The notes beneath the pieces were generated by a model that saw nothing but the letters and a program-made list of their open reading frames with translations, was not told where the DNA came from and made no database searches. From contig JBJCIZ010000810.1 of the NCBI GenBank assembly GCA_051294375.1, positions 14,887-78,886 of the forward strand: a stretch of 64,000 nucleotides of DNA, written 5' to 3'. A program made the translations under genes and the position numbers. Of the stretch, positions 1-12,547 are shown in pieces. The DNA is from Paraspadella gotoi. Lineage: Eukaryota > Animalia > Chaetognatha. Within the stretch, counting starts at the first letter, position 1. Each line of letters starts with the position of its first letter.

Positions 1-104
1 TCAAATCAAGACTCTCTTACAAGTCTCAGTTTATTCACACTCCAAGATCCTGGCTTCCTCTATCAATGAAGTGGTATAATATTTCAAAGAATGTTTCAAT
101 TGTA

Positions 105-626
105 TATATAATACTATCCTTTTAAAATCGAAAAATTTCAAAATAAGCTTTTCTTAATTTTGATTGCAGATTTGAATTCCTCGTCAAAAGTTGATTAAAG
201 AAAATATAAATCCTTTTTAAAAATTATTTCATTAAGTGGGTTAAAAATTAAAAAAACTATATATAATATATATATTAAATGAATGGATAATTTTTATATT
301 GGTTGTACCAATTTCATATTAATTTTCAGCTTAAAATATAGCTTTTTCTAATTTTTTATCCACTTAATGAAGGAATTTTTTAAAAAGAGTTATATTTCTT
401 TTTATCAACTTTTTATGACGAATCCAAATCTGTAAAAAAATCTTAGAAAAAACTGTTATGAAATTTTAACATTTATTGGTTTAGTACTAGTATAAATATG
501 GCCTACTGCGTAAATTGTAAAATTTATTATAATTTTTTTTATTACATGTTTATGAGTATAATGTTGTTCGTTCCTTACTTTTAGAATTTTAATTAAAGTT
601 AAATTTAAAAATTTTACTACGCCTTA
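105..626. mobile_element. Partial copy of a non-autonomous hAT-like MITE (same family as 47728-48348)
   Basis: Near-identical to 47860-48348 and ends in the same terminus ACTACGCCTTA at 616-626. Confidence 0.7.
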
Positions 627-928
627 ATAAACATATCCTACGAGTCTGCAAAATTTTTAAAAAAAATTTTAATTATGATTATTAAACCCAAATTTAAGGT
701 CTGATGTTACTTCACCTAGATCAGGCTGATATAGTTCTTTCACGAGTACTCGCGACCCAAATAAAAATTAAATAGTTGGATTTATTCTACAGGGAAGTCC
801 AGCTCTTTTGGGACTAGATTAAAAAAATTGTTTTTATGGGTAAATATTATATTAATTAACTAAAATTTATTACATATGATATAAGAACACAATCTTTAAA
901 AAAAATACAAAAAGTATAAATTACATAA

Positions 929-2355
929 GACACGATGAAAGTAAGCATGGCATAGTATATGCAGCCATAAATAAAAAATCGGTGATTAAAATCATAATCT
1001 CTGAATAAGTTATAATCATGGTTTTCTTCATATATGAAAAAAATTAATGCAAAATAATATTTGGTAGTTAGGATATGACTAAATATAAAATAATTTAAAA
1101 AAAGTAATATATAAAATAATTTGTTTTCTTATAATAGTCTAACTCTATAACCCATTTCATCCATTTTTTCCATTTACCCCTCATATCTTGTTGGTAAATT
1201 ACTTGGTTCATCTTAGAATACTGAATTATAAAAATTTATCAGAAAAAATTGAATCTTTCCTTCTTTCCATATATCTATTTGATCGTTTATCTATTTATAA
1301 CTTTAACCTGTTATTACACTTGAGTGAATTGATGGGTTCATCTAAAATTATGTTTATGGCCAGAAAAGAGGTTGATTAATCTTAATATCAAATTTGGACA
1401 AAATAATTCTGGTATCAATCAATTTAAATAAAAAAAATAATTTTAATTATTTATTTATTTTTTTTTTAAAGTAAAAATATATAATAACAATAACAATAAT
1501 AATAATTATAAACATAACAACAAGTACTCTTGCTCTTTCTCACTCTCTATCTCTCTTTATTTTTTTATCTTTCTTTCTTTCAATCTATTTTTTTTCTTTT
1601 GATCTCTCATTCTTTACTTACCTTTTCTCTGAGCTCTTTACTTTTTATACTTTTATCATTCCAATTCATCTTCTTTATAAACATTAACTTAAATAAAAAT
1701 TATTAAATCTTTTTTTAAAAATTTTTAAAAAAATTAAACTGACCTATAATCACTGAAAATTGTATTTTTACTCTAAAAGAGCAAAATGCAAAATTTGTCC
1801 CTTAAATCCAGATCTAAAATTCTTAATGCTTAAAATATTTTTTTCCAAAATGCTTTTTTTTTAGTTTTTTAAAAAATAAAAATTTTTATGGTATAGAAAT
1901 TATAGTCCAAACTGTTTCAAAATGCTTTCCTTATTCTCTTCCTCAATACAGGAGGAACACAGTAAAAAAAAAGTCAAATCTTGAAAAATTAGATAAAGTT
2001 TTTAAATTTAAAATAATAAAATAATAGATCAGAGAGTAAGATCTTTATCTCAGCTATCATTTGGTATATAATTATAATCATTTTTAAGATTTTTTGGTTA
2101 TATGGTATAACTGACAAATCAAAGAGTACAAAATTTTGTCAGAGATTTTTGCCACCACGAGTTTGTTTCTTATTGCCTTTTTACTAATTTTTCTTTTTTG
2201 TACATAAGCGAGGGTTATGGTAAAAGTAAAGGAAGTCTGGTAGAACCAAACGCGTTAAGTATTATTAATATAAAGCTTCAAGTTTGGCTCACAGATTAAG
2301 AAATATGATAAAAATTTGCATGGGTAAGCTTCACCACGTTAACTTGCATCGTGTC
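929..2355. mobile_element. Non-autonomous TIR DNA transposon with 4-bp TSD
   Basis: Begins GACACGATGAAAGT and ends ACTTGCATCGTGTC; flanked by ATAA on both sides (925-928, 2356-2359). Confidence 0.6.
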
Positions 2356-2511
2356 ATAACTACCCAATAGATTTTCAAAATATTTTTGATATTTATCTTT
2401 TAAAAATTAGCCTATTTTCTAAATATAGTTTCTTTTTTTTAAACGCTCTTGCGTTGTACGTCCATAAAATTAGTCCCAATAGGACTAGAGCTCTGTATAA
2501 GTTAGCTAATT

Positions 2512-3120
2512 CTATAAAAAAATTTTAAACCCTACCAGAAGCTTTTCTGTTAAAAAATTTATACCTTTATGATTGAAATGTAAACCATCTTGACAAACAA
2601 AATTTTCTTCCTTATGAAACATTTCTGGATCTACCTTAAAAATACAATCCCTATGACAGCTACAGCGATAATCAGTATCATTCAATTTTTTAATAACTTT
2701 ATTAACATCATAAATGTAATCCTCATTACGAGATTCTAAAAATTTAGTGTTACTGCACAAATTAATTTTTCTTTCACACAGTGGAACATGAAAAATTTTT
2801 AGGTCTGTATAATCTTTATATAATCTGCAAATGTCTTGTTTAATATCCGTGGCGATAATTTGACTTAATTTGGAGGGTAACTCTTCCGAAAAGTTAATAT
2901 GCTTGCTAATGTCATTTTGTCCCATACTTAAAACCAGTATTGAATGTTCTTCCCGTAAATGCTTATAAATATATCCATGCTTTCCAATCAAATCGTTAAC
3001 CTTAGCCCCAGAATAGGTATGTACATCAATCTCTTTTATTTTCGAGTTTAAAACCAGGAATTTCAGGTGGTCATCATTAATTTTTCTGAGTAGACTGTCC
3101 GATAAGAAAAGAGCTGACAT
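2512..3120 (-). CDS. SGNH/GDSL-family hydrolase (esterase-like), 202 aa, single exon
   Basis: SGNH blocks occur in order: LFLSDSL (catalytic Ser), YSGAK, SMGQND, QDGLHFN (Asp/His). Confidence 0.75.
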   Translation of the reverse strand: MSALFLSDSLLRKINDDHLKFLVLNSKIKEIDVHTYSGAKVNDLIGKHGYIYKHLREEHSILVLSMGQNDISKHINFSEELPSKLSQIIATDIKQDICRLYKDYTDLKIFHVPLCERKINLCSNTKFLESRNEDYIYDVNKVIKKLNDTDYRCSCHRDCIFKVDPEMFHKEENFVCQDGLHFNHKGINFLTEKLLVGFKIFL

Positions 3121-3363
3121 TTTTTCCCAATGATATAAAACTGGCTAAAACCCCGGGCCCCAGCTCGTGGGTTGCCGAAGTCATGAGGAAGACGTGGACG
3201 TAGAGGGGGAAGAGCAGCTTTGTGAAGGTTCCTCCGTCTTTCAAAATATTAGAATGTTGTTCAAGGCATTAATATATTCAAGTAAGTCCAGCTCTTTTCT
3301 AAAATTATTCAATAATTAATTTAATTTATAAAAAAATAATATTTTTCGATGAAATATGGTATT

Positions 3364-3569
3364 ATGGTGGACTAAAATCCACCAACCATTCATCAGCGGC
3401 CATTGGTGCCGGAGGCAAGTCATTCGCCTCCCAACCCAAAGGTCCGGGGTTCTAGCCCGATGGTTGACTGGCAGTTAAGAGGGACGGGGCGCTTAACCCG
3501 CCTGTAACATGGTGTTACAGGCTGATCCGAAGCTCAGGGACTGCTTATATTGAACGGTTCTGTCATTAA
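3364..3569 (+). mobile_element. tRNA-derived SINE, ~205 bp
   Basis: A-box-like TGGTGCCGGAGG and B-box-like GGTTCTAGCCC; further copies at 15083-15222, 15844-16037 and 21917-22120 (minus). Confidence 0.7.
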
Positions 3570-3761
3570 CACATAATAATAATTACTGTTTCTTCAGTAT
3601 GAATTTTATAATACTCTTTAATATAAATTTCATTTTTTCTCTTACTTTCTCAGAATGCCTCATTTCATCTTAAATTTGAAATTAAGTTAAATTTTTTAGC
3701 TAAAAATGAGGTTTGAAGTTAAGTTTACGGACCAAGTTAGGGATAAGGTTAGTCATTAAAG

Positions 3762-3827
3762 TTCTAGTTGGTTGGCGACTTCGCCATGGCGATATCGCCA
3801 GGGCAAGTCGCCAACCAACTAGAACCT
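3762..3827. repeat. Short palindromic MITE remnant (TIR GTTCTAGTTGGTTGGCGACTT)
   Basis: Self-complementary ends; the same terminus recurs at ~15400-15467. Confidence 0.5.
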
Positions 3828-6404
3828 TAAAATATTTGTTAAATACATTTTTAGTATTATATAATCTACCCGATTTACTATTTACTAAAGTGAAATGAAA
3901 TTAAATAAAGGTTTTTTTTCATATATTAAAACAATTCTGAATTGCATTAATCTAAAGTTTGGTTTGATTCAGCTTGCCGTCTTTTTTGGTACAAAGAGAA
4001 ATGATATGACATTATAAATGACATTCGTCTGGCAATAAGGTTATCCTTTAAAATATAAGATAAAACAACCCTAACTGACTAACTTTGTTCTTTCTTTGAT
4101 TAGTAGTAGTCAATTTTCGGTTTCTTTTATTGCTTTTATCGAATTTTACTGACCGACTACATTAAGTGTCTCATGGGTATACTTTAAGGTTTTATAGGTT
4201 TAAGAGATGGCACTTTTTTGTTTCTCTCGCATCCTCTCTGCCCTACCGTGTATTCTTTTAAGAATTTTAAAAATATTTAACTTTTACTTGATGTTTTAAC
4301 CCTTCTTCTATAGTTACGCCATAAAATCTTTCATGGAAGAGATGGACCTGCCTGTAATATATTAGTTCAGATCGAATGAATAAATGTTAAAATGACCAGA
4401 CGACGATTAAGATTAAGATTAAGAATTAATGCAAAATTATCTAAAATAAAAGAAAACGCGAATTATTGTAGGGTGAATAAAAATTGTAATAAACCAAAGA
4501 GAAAAAATTTGTAAATATAATAATTAATAATATTGAAAAGTGAAAACATTGACATTTTATGATTTTTTAATTAACAGATAAAGTTAATAATATGCTTTGC
4601 TGTTTCTTTACACTGTATAAAAGAATCCAGTTCTCGGGAATAAAAATTTTATTTGAGCTATGTTACAATGACAATTATTTCTAAAGTGGTATCATTATTG
4701 AATACAAAAATAATTTTTACTCAGTTTCCAAGGAGAAATGAAATGGAATATACAATATAATTATTGTAATATTAATAAATTAATAAAATGCAAAATGAGT
4801 TTTTTAAAATGTTTCTTAAATGATAACATTTCACAAAATGGTGATGATAAAATTTTAAAAAAGGTATAAATTCGTGAGTTGCACTTTCTGTAATAGAAAC
4901 TCTTATATGAATCAACATTCTAAATTTTTTTTTTAATTAAAATATTAAGAAAAATATTTTTAAAAAATTTTTTTGAAAAAAATTTGTATCTGTTTGTTTT
5001 AAGAAATTATAAGGATACTACATTCATGTGCAAAAAAAATTGGTCAAGTGGTTTAGGAGATTTGATTTTTTAAACTTGAGTGTTCCAAATCAAAAAGGGA
5101 AAATTGAATATTATTAAAAAACTTCAAAATCATTAACCTAGCATTTATTTTTTTTTAATAACTTTAAAATTATTATTCAAGGATTTGGATCAATCCAATA
5201 ATCCAGCTATCCCTCTCGATGTCCCTTTTAATTTATTTTTATATCTAATCTATTATAAAATTTTAAAATATAAGAAAAAAAGATTAATCTTAAATGAATA
5301 AAAAATTTTGACGTTTATCTTTTTCAATTTTTTTTTTAAATCATTGCTCCCAAATGAATAGCCTGATTTTTAAAAAAATTATATCAAACTCTTTATCTTT
5401 GAATAAATTTTAATTTTTTTTAAATTATTTATTTTTTTAAAAAAATATGTGGTGATTTTTAAAGGCTGATATAAAGTGGCGCGTTTTTTTTGCATATGAC
5501 TGTACTATTGTACAACAAAGAAAACATAATAACTGATACCGTTTCAATCATAAATTTTTTTAAAAGGGCTTAAATTTTATTTTTTGTGGGTACAAAAGAA
5601 AAAAAAATATTGTAACATCTCTCAATCTTTTTATAAATCCACCATACTGTGTACTGCAGATACTGTAAGAGAACAACAAAACCAAGACGGCATTAACCAA
5701 TATATATTTTTTTAAAGTAATATTCCTCTGTATATAAAATAATTGGAGAAAGAAAGACCCAGGTCAAAATCTTTTTTTTTTAGATAAATATTCCACAATG
5801 ATACAGTATAATGTTATATCTTAACCAATGAGTGAGTTTGGAATTAACCAGGATTTTTTTTTTATAAATTATACCAGAGAAAACATGATAATCTTTTGTG
5901 TATATACTATTTGAGATGAACAAAAGGAGAAGCGAACCAGGATTTTTTTTGGAAAAAAATATTGTATGTTTATGAGAGACATTGGAACAATTGAGATCTT
6001 TAAATGAAGATCTTTAAACTAAATATCCCACTATATATCAGATAGGCGAACAAAAGAAGGAGCGGGGCAATAACCTGAGGGTCTTTGTTGAAAATATTTC
6101 ACTTTATATAAGATAGGCAGACAAAAGACGGAGTGATTAAATAACCCTAAGAAATATTTTTCAAATTATTCCACAATGAATAAAGCAGGCGAGGCGCATT
6201 TAATATGTTTTTGAAAATTTTCCCAATCTGAATTCAAAATAAGATTATAACCGGACCACAAAGAACTGTCATATCCAGGGTAAATAAGCTATTAATTGGG
6301 ATCCATGAAAAAAGTATATAACATTTTTAATAAAGGATATCTATACAAAAACTTGTTTGCTTTTAAAAAAATCTGAATGTTTCCGAATCTACATTGAATT
6401 ACCC

Positions 6405-6790
6405 TACAGTGGCTTCCTTCTATTTTTTTGTAGGTCAAATCGTTTAAAAGTTAGAGGCCAAAAAATATGGTTACTTCAAATAAAAAATTGAAAAAAAATC
6501 ATATTTAATTTTCCTCCATTTTTGGTATTGAGTTATTTGTTTTTATTTTGAATAGAGTTAGTTATTTTTTTTTTTTAATTTGGCAATGCTAAAGGCCTTA
6601 CACCATTTTTTGGTTTGAAAAAGTGCTATTATACCTTTTAGAAAAGAGGGAAAAATATTGGGTCTGAAAAGAATTGCGTTAAAGATGTGGAAAAACATTT
6701 CACTGTCATACCTCAATTTGCTGTATGAGAGCATGCCCAGACGAATGTAAGCAGTAGTCGATGCCGAGGAAGGGCATACCAAATACCCAT
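6405..6790 (+). pseudogene. Tc1/mariner remnant with transposase C-terminal fragment
   Basis: TA-CAGTG start at ~6405; 6712-6786 reads LNLLYESMPRRM*AVVDAEEGHTKY, a typical Tc1 C-terminus with an in-frame stop. Confidence 0.65.
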
Positions 6791-7429
6791 ATTTTGTATA
6801 CTTTTTATTGATTAAATGAATTATGTTATATACTTTTTTCCTAGATAGTAGAATGAAATAATATTTATTTTATTTTATATTATATCAAAATTAAATCAGT
6901 TTTCCAACACTACCCGAGAGGTAACTGACTTAGTGTCGCTTTTTTTAAAGTGGTTTCGCCAAGCCTAAATATCCAGTCTATCGGTTGCCTATTTTTAAAA
7001 ATTCAAGTTTTTCCTTTTTTCTTTTTTATAAATTTGAATCTTTACCTTTTTTTGACTAAACTAAAAGTTTATTGATTACTAATACTATATATCTTTGGAA
7101 TTACTGACTAGCTTAAGACAATATTTTTACAAGTTTGATTTTAAATGTGTTAAACTAGCTGGATATCTGGATAGCCCTAGTCCACTTTCAATCAATAAAA
7201 TTTGAATATTTAATTCATTCAATTTTTTTATTTATACCAGTATATATCCAACATGAAACCATTTAAAAATAAGTTTTTTGAAAGATAATTCCAAAGAAAG
7301 ATTTTGTCACTTAGACGTGTCACACAGACATTTAAAAATATTTATATTTGAATCCATAAATATCGTATTTTGTTTCCAAAACTGGTCACACAGACCTTTT
7401 AAGTCAACCAAAAGTGTTAAAATTATTGC

Positions 7430-10400
7430 TTATTGGCTCAATCCATCAATCAGCAATATAAGGTTGCCCTTTTTAAGCTCACTTAAAAGAGGTATTGTTT
7501 GTCTTTCACCATTTATTTCAGTAACAAATTTCATTATTTTCTTTAATGGCTTTACTATATCAATTATTTTTCCTTGTACCCAAAACACTTGTCCATTATC
7601 TTTAACTTTTAAATGAAAATTATGCTGAACTAATTTTTCTGGATTAGACAAATAATAATCATAATTTTCCTTTGATTTTTTGATGGCTCGTTTTTGCTTT
7701 GCTGTTTCTATCCTTTCTTCTATTGTCGATATTGTAGCTTCAGCAGCATCAGTGATATCCGAAATAACATTAGGAGCTTCTTCAATAAACTCTAGTTTTC
7801 TTAAATGTGGATTTTCTTCATATATCATATCTAAATGAGCTAGTTTTTCTTTCAAACTGTATTCCTTTTTATTTTTGCTCTTGTTGAATACATTTTTGTC
7901 AGAAGATTTTGCATCCCCAATTCTTTGTAAAAATTCAATCATGAGGTTAATAGCAGATATTTTTTCTTTTTCACTTTGTAATAATTTTAACTTATTTGGA
8001 ATTTCATGTTCCCACCATGGAGGACCATAGGATTCAGTAAATTTTCTTACAATTTCCAACTTTTTTAGGCCTTTTGCGTTATCTTTTTCGGTTTTTGATT
8101 CAATCATTTTCTGACGTTTTTCCAATAATTCTTTTTTGTAATTTTCAGATAATTGCAGGTCTTGTATTTTGTTTTCCTTGTAAGACTTTCGAGCAGAATC
8201 AACTATTTTATGTTGTTCTTCTAAACTTTTAGTATCAAGAAATTCCAATGGCTTATTTGTCCTTAACATTGCATCCGTTTCCAATGTAGTTGGATTTGCT
8301 GTTGGTTTAGAATTTTTTATAAAACGAACAAGTCCAAAGAGTGCTTCTCCCCTTTGATTCGTAGTTGGAACACTGGCTGTCGCGTCTACAAATTTTGGAT
8401 CGTCTTGGAGTTTATCCATTAATCCACCAGCAAGGAAATCATTAGCCTGATTTAAAAGAGTGTGCAGCATTGCATTGCCAATGACTTTAATCAAAGATGA
8501 TATTTGCTTTTTGTCTAAATCGTTAGTCAGTGTTAATTCCATCACTTTTGCTACTTTTTCTTTCTCCAAAAATACTGAGGGGAAAGAAGATTTTCCCTCC
8601 ATCAATATGCTTCCATCTTTTCCAATTTCAGATAAGAAATCGTGGAGGTTTTGCAAATGTGGAATAATTTCTAAAATATGAACCTGAGTTTGAGCATATT
8701 CATCATTGCGATCTTTACCATAAAGTACTCTCCAAAATGGTGAAATAATAAAAACGTCACAAAGACTCATTGCCATTAGTTGATAAAGCGCTAGTTTATC
8801 TTCTAAATCATATTTGATTGAATGATAAATTTGGCAACTATCCTCAAATTCAAAGAAAATCCGGAGATGTTCTAATAAAGTAAGAGCTCTGGTTGAAGCA
8901 GGGAATTCAATTCCACATCTTTCGTGTTCATAATGGACTACATTTGGAATTTTATTTTCCTGGCAGTATGCCTTAAATTTTGGAACTTGCTTCCAAGTTT
9001 GTTCTTTTTGATGAGGGTGAAAGACTGCTGATAGATTTTTTACCAGTCGAACCACAGCTGGAGTTTCCTCGGGAAAAGCATAATCATTTTTACTTTTGTT
9101 AGAAGCCATGTGTTTTGATTCTGTGATGCGCAATGCTTTGATTACAGAGCAACTCATATTACTAATGAGATGCATCTTGCAATAAAAGACATTGATTTTT
9201 GCAAGATTTGAAAGTTGGTCATTTGATAATTGATTATTTTTCAAAACAGAAGGAAGTAATTGACGCTTAAAACGTTCAAGTTCTTTTGCAAAAGCTCCAT
9301 TGATTGGTGCTTGATCTGTCATCGTATTTGTGATCTTTGAGATTATTTCTGCCAACTTTTCTAATTCATCTTCATCTTCTTTAAGTCCTTCTTTGGCAAT
9401 GTCAATAAACTTTTCGTGTACATAAGATAGCAGCGATTTGGCGTCCTCATGGCAGATGGCACGCAGCCCTAGTTTCATTATAAAAATATTAACTAATGAG
9501 GATTAAAAAAATTATTGACAATCATTACTTACCAAGAGTCAAGTATGATCCATCAGAAAAATGAATTTGAGACCCTAAGAAACTCATCGAGTTGTGTGTT
9601 GCCGAATCAATGGCGATGGTTACATCCTTTTCATCTTCAAGCTTATCTTTTATTTGTTTTTTTAACAAGGTTCGACTCTCTGTCATAACTCTTGAAATGA
9701 AAGTTTTAGAGGGAGTTCTAGTCAAATCTGTTCCAGTCAATCTCTTTAGTACTGACTTCATAACCTATGAATTATGAAGCAAGCTTTTAAAACACAATGT
9801 ATAAAAATAATTTTTCTAGACATTTTATTGTATAATCTCTTAATTTAATAGTATAATAATACTTGAACTAATGATAATAATAAGTTTTAGTAATTAATTT
9901 TTAATTTTATCTTATTATAAAATTAAAATTATTATACCTGAGGAATTTTTCTGGCTGGAATTCCAAGCTGAAGAAGATCCCATGCACAAATACGAATTTC
10001 ATTTGTATATTTTCCATTTTCAAAAATGCATAATTCTTGGTCTTTTAATGCATCATTCATTTGCTCTAATACAGTTATTTTTTTTGACTGTATTTTTTTG
10101 TCCTTTTGCATCTCATTGATGACGTAATTGTATTTTGTACAATTTTTTTTTGTTTTTTCCTTATTCTTCCTATTTTGAATTTTTTGTTGAGCAAGCTTTT
10201 GCTGAAGAATGCGTTTTTTCCTTTTTTCTTTTGCTAATTTAGCTAAGAAGTCATTAATTAATTTATCCTTCTGTTTTAGTAGCTTTTCTAGGCCTTTGCT
10301 TTCAATCTGACTTTTTTTTAATTTGCCCATTATTTTTGATACTTTGATTTGCTTCCTGACCTTCATTTTTTTGTTAACCTTTTTTAAGGTGTAAATTTGT

Positions 10401-11718
10401 TTAATGAGCTTGGCTTCTCTTCCTGATTGATTTTCTTTGTAATTATTCTCAGTGACAAAAGAAATATCAAATTTAGAACTTGATGATCGATTATCATTTT
10501 GATTTTCATTAACAAGCTCAGCAGTATGATTAACTATACTTTCTGATATTGATGTAGTTGGATAATGAATCATCTGACCTTCGTCGATCGAATTGTTATC
10601 CACATCCAACAAATTTGAACTTTTAATGTTTATCAAAGGGGAATTTGGTAGACATTGACAATCTATCTTTGAAATTGAATCTAGAGATCCTAGCTCTAGT
10701 GATTCATTGTAACTGTCTACTTGGTGGCTGCCTGAAAAATTGTTGCCAGTTTCATCATAAATAGGTAGCAATCTTGATTGAATATTGCCTGCTATATTTG
10801 TGGTCAAGGCAAGGTCTGGTGTGCTTGGATTTAATGTATTCAGGTAGTTGTCATTAACGGGCTGACTCAAATTGTTTAACTGTTCATCTACCCTTTGAAC
10901 ATGATTACTTTCTTGGGAGAGATTAGGCTGAAATTCGCAATCTAAAGAAAATTTTTAAAAATGTTTGGTAAGGAATGCAGAATGTTGGATATGAAATTTC
11001 ACCTATCAACTGACTATTTTTTATAAGTTTTATAAGTTAAAATTAAACTTTTTTTATAAAAATAAAAAAATTCTACTACCTTTTAAACATAAAAATGGCT
11101 CATTAATATGCTATATTTTGTCTTTGCTTTGATCAAGCAATAATGGACTATGACCTCTCTCCCATTTAAGTAAGTAGACAAGGATTTCTGGGTGAAACCA
11201 ACGTGGATTTATTTACAAGAAAATAGACAGTGAAAATGGTGTCAATTTTTAGACAGAGTGACTTGCCATGGAAAACAAGAGCTATTTATACAATGGAATC
11301 GGATGCGTGACTCAGGCAACTTTGCCCGCCCGATGGAAGCCCGGCTGACCATTGGCCGGTGCCATTTGTCGTTTGACCAATGAGAAAGTCTCTAGTAATT
11401 TCTTCTCGCGTCGCCGATCCGATTCCGACTTTTAGGTTCGATTCCTCTGCGATGCTCCTTTTATACTAAAAAAATTAACTAATAAAAAATACCTCTTAAC
11501 TCTTCAGCGGAAAAAAATGACTGGCTAAAATAATTTTTTCCCAATTCAGTGTTTTCTTTTCTTTTTTTTTTTAAAAAATGTAGTTTCCGAATTCTAGTTG
11601 AAAGTTTTTTTTCAGAAATAAGGACGTTTGGAAAGGATTCTAAAACAGTTTGGACACCAGCTGAAATACTCAACCCTTGTGTGAGCAGCCAAATTTGTTT
11701 TTTTGTTGGTATATCCAT
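7430..11718 (-). CDS. Intact 4-exon DDE transposase of the CxxH (hAT-like) clade, ~1166 aa
   Basis: Exons 11493-11718, 9938-10941, 9533-9764 and 7430-9468 are all GT-AG and phase-compatible (3501 nt). Motifs: VTIAIDSAT (D1), TMTDQA (D2), FYCKMH (CxxH), PTTNQRGEALFG (E); coiled coil in exon 2. Confidence 0.8.
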
Positions 11719-11870
11719 TTTTTGTTATTAAGAAGCAGAATCCTAATTATTTTGAATAAAAAATAAATTCAATACCAATTTATGCACCATTTTTGATTAA
11801 TTTTAGAGATTGATCAAAATTACATACAATAAATCCTTTATTAATAAATCAGAAAAGAAATTTATAATTC

Positions 11871-12547
11871 AACAAGTTTGAGCAAACAACGTCGGATCTG
11901 TCGACGATAATTAAGCGGTAATAAGCTAATCCGATGATAATTCCTACTTTTAATTTGTGATCTAAACAGATCATAACAAATAATAACAAACATCTTTATA
12001 AATCTATGAAAATCTATAAATCAATTGATCAATCAATCATTACCAGTACCAAAACCAACTTGCATAATTTGGTCATTATACATAATTTGGTTATTTTGAA
12101 AATGTGGTCAACTTGTATGATTTGGTCAACTTGCATAATTTGGTCAACTTGCATAATTATGGTGACTTGCATAATTTTTTCAACTTGCATAATTTTTATA
12201 ATAATTTTTTCGTAATAGATCATTAGATTATAATTCATAACATATATATTTTAATAAATCATTAAAAAAATCTATCAATTAATCAGTCACTGATTCTATG
12301 TGTGATAATTCAATGCAATTCTGAATAAAAAAATATTTATGAGTAGTGGGTGACTTTTGTTTTTTTCCATTTAAGCACATTTCCACTTGTACGATTCCAT
12401 CGAAACTTCATATCCAACTTACCTACCCATAACCAAAATTTTATTTTAATCTATCCATCCAATCAAAATGATTTTAGGGTTGGACCGACAGACCAACAAA
12501 GTGAATTATAGAGTCGGAATGTGCTGATAAGCAGATCCAAATTAAAA
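11871..12547 (-). mobile_element. Non-autonomous Helentron-type (HINE/DINE-1-like) element with 18-bp internal minisatellite
   Basis: One end AACAAGTTTGAGCAAAC (hairpin) plus subTIR GTCGGATCTG; other end palindrome GTCGG..CTGATAAGCAGATCC-AAAA; TTGGTCAACTTGCATAAT repeats at 12060-12200. Confidence 0.65.

Noticed and set aside
3395-3465. tRNA gene
   Set aside because: The tRNA-like sequence is the head of a multi-copy SINE with a degenerate cloverleaf.
12006-12238. Repetitive ORFs, and a CRISPR-like look of the 18-bp arrays (also 41400-41600) and the 12-bp array at 32250-32340
   Set aside because: Head-to-tail minisatellites with no unique spacers and no cas genes, in a eukaryotic context.
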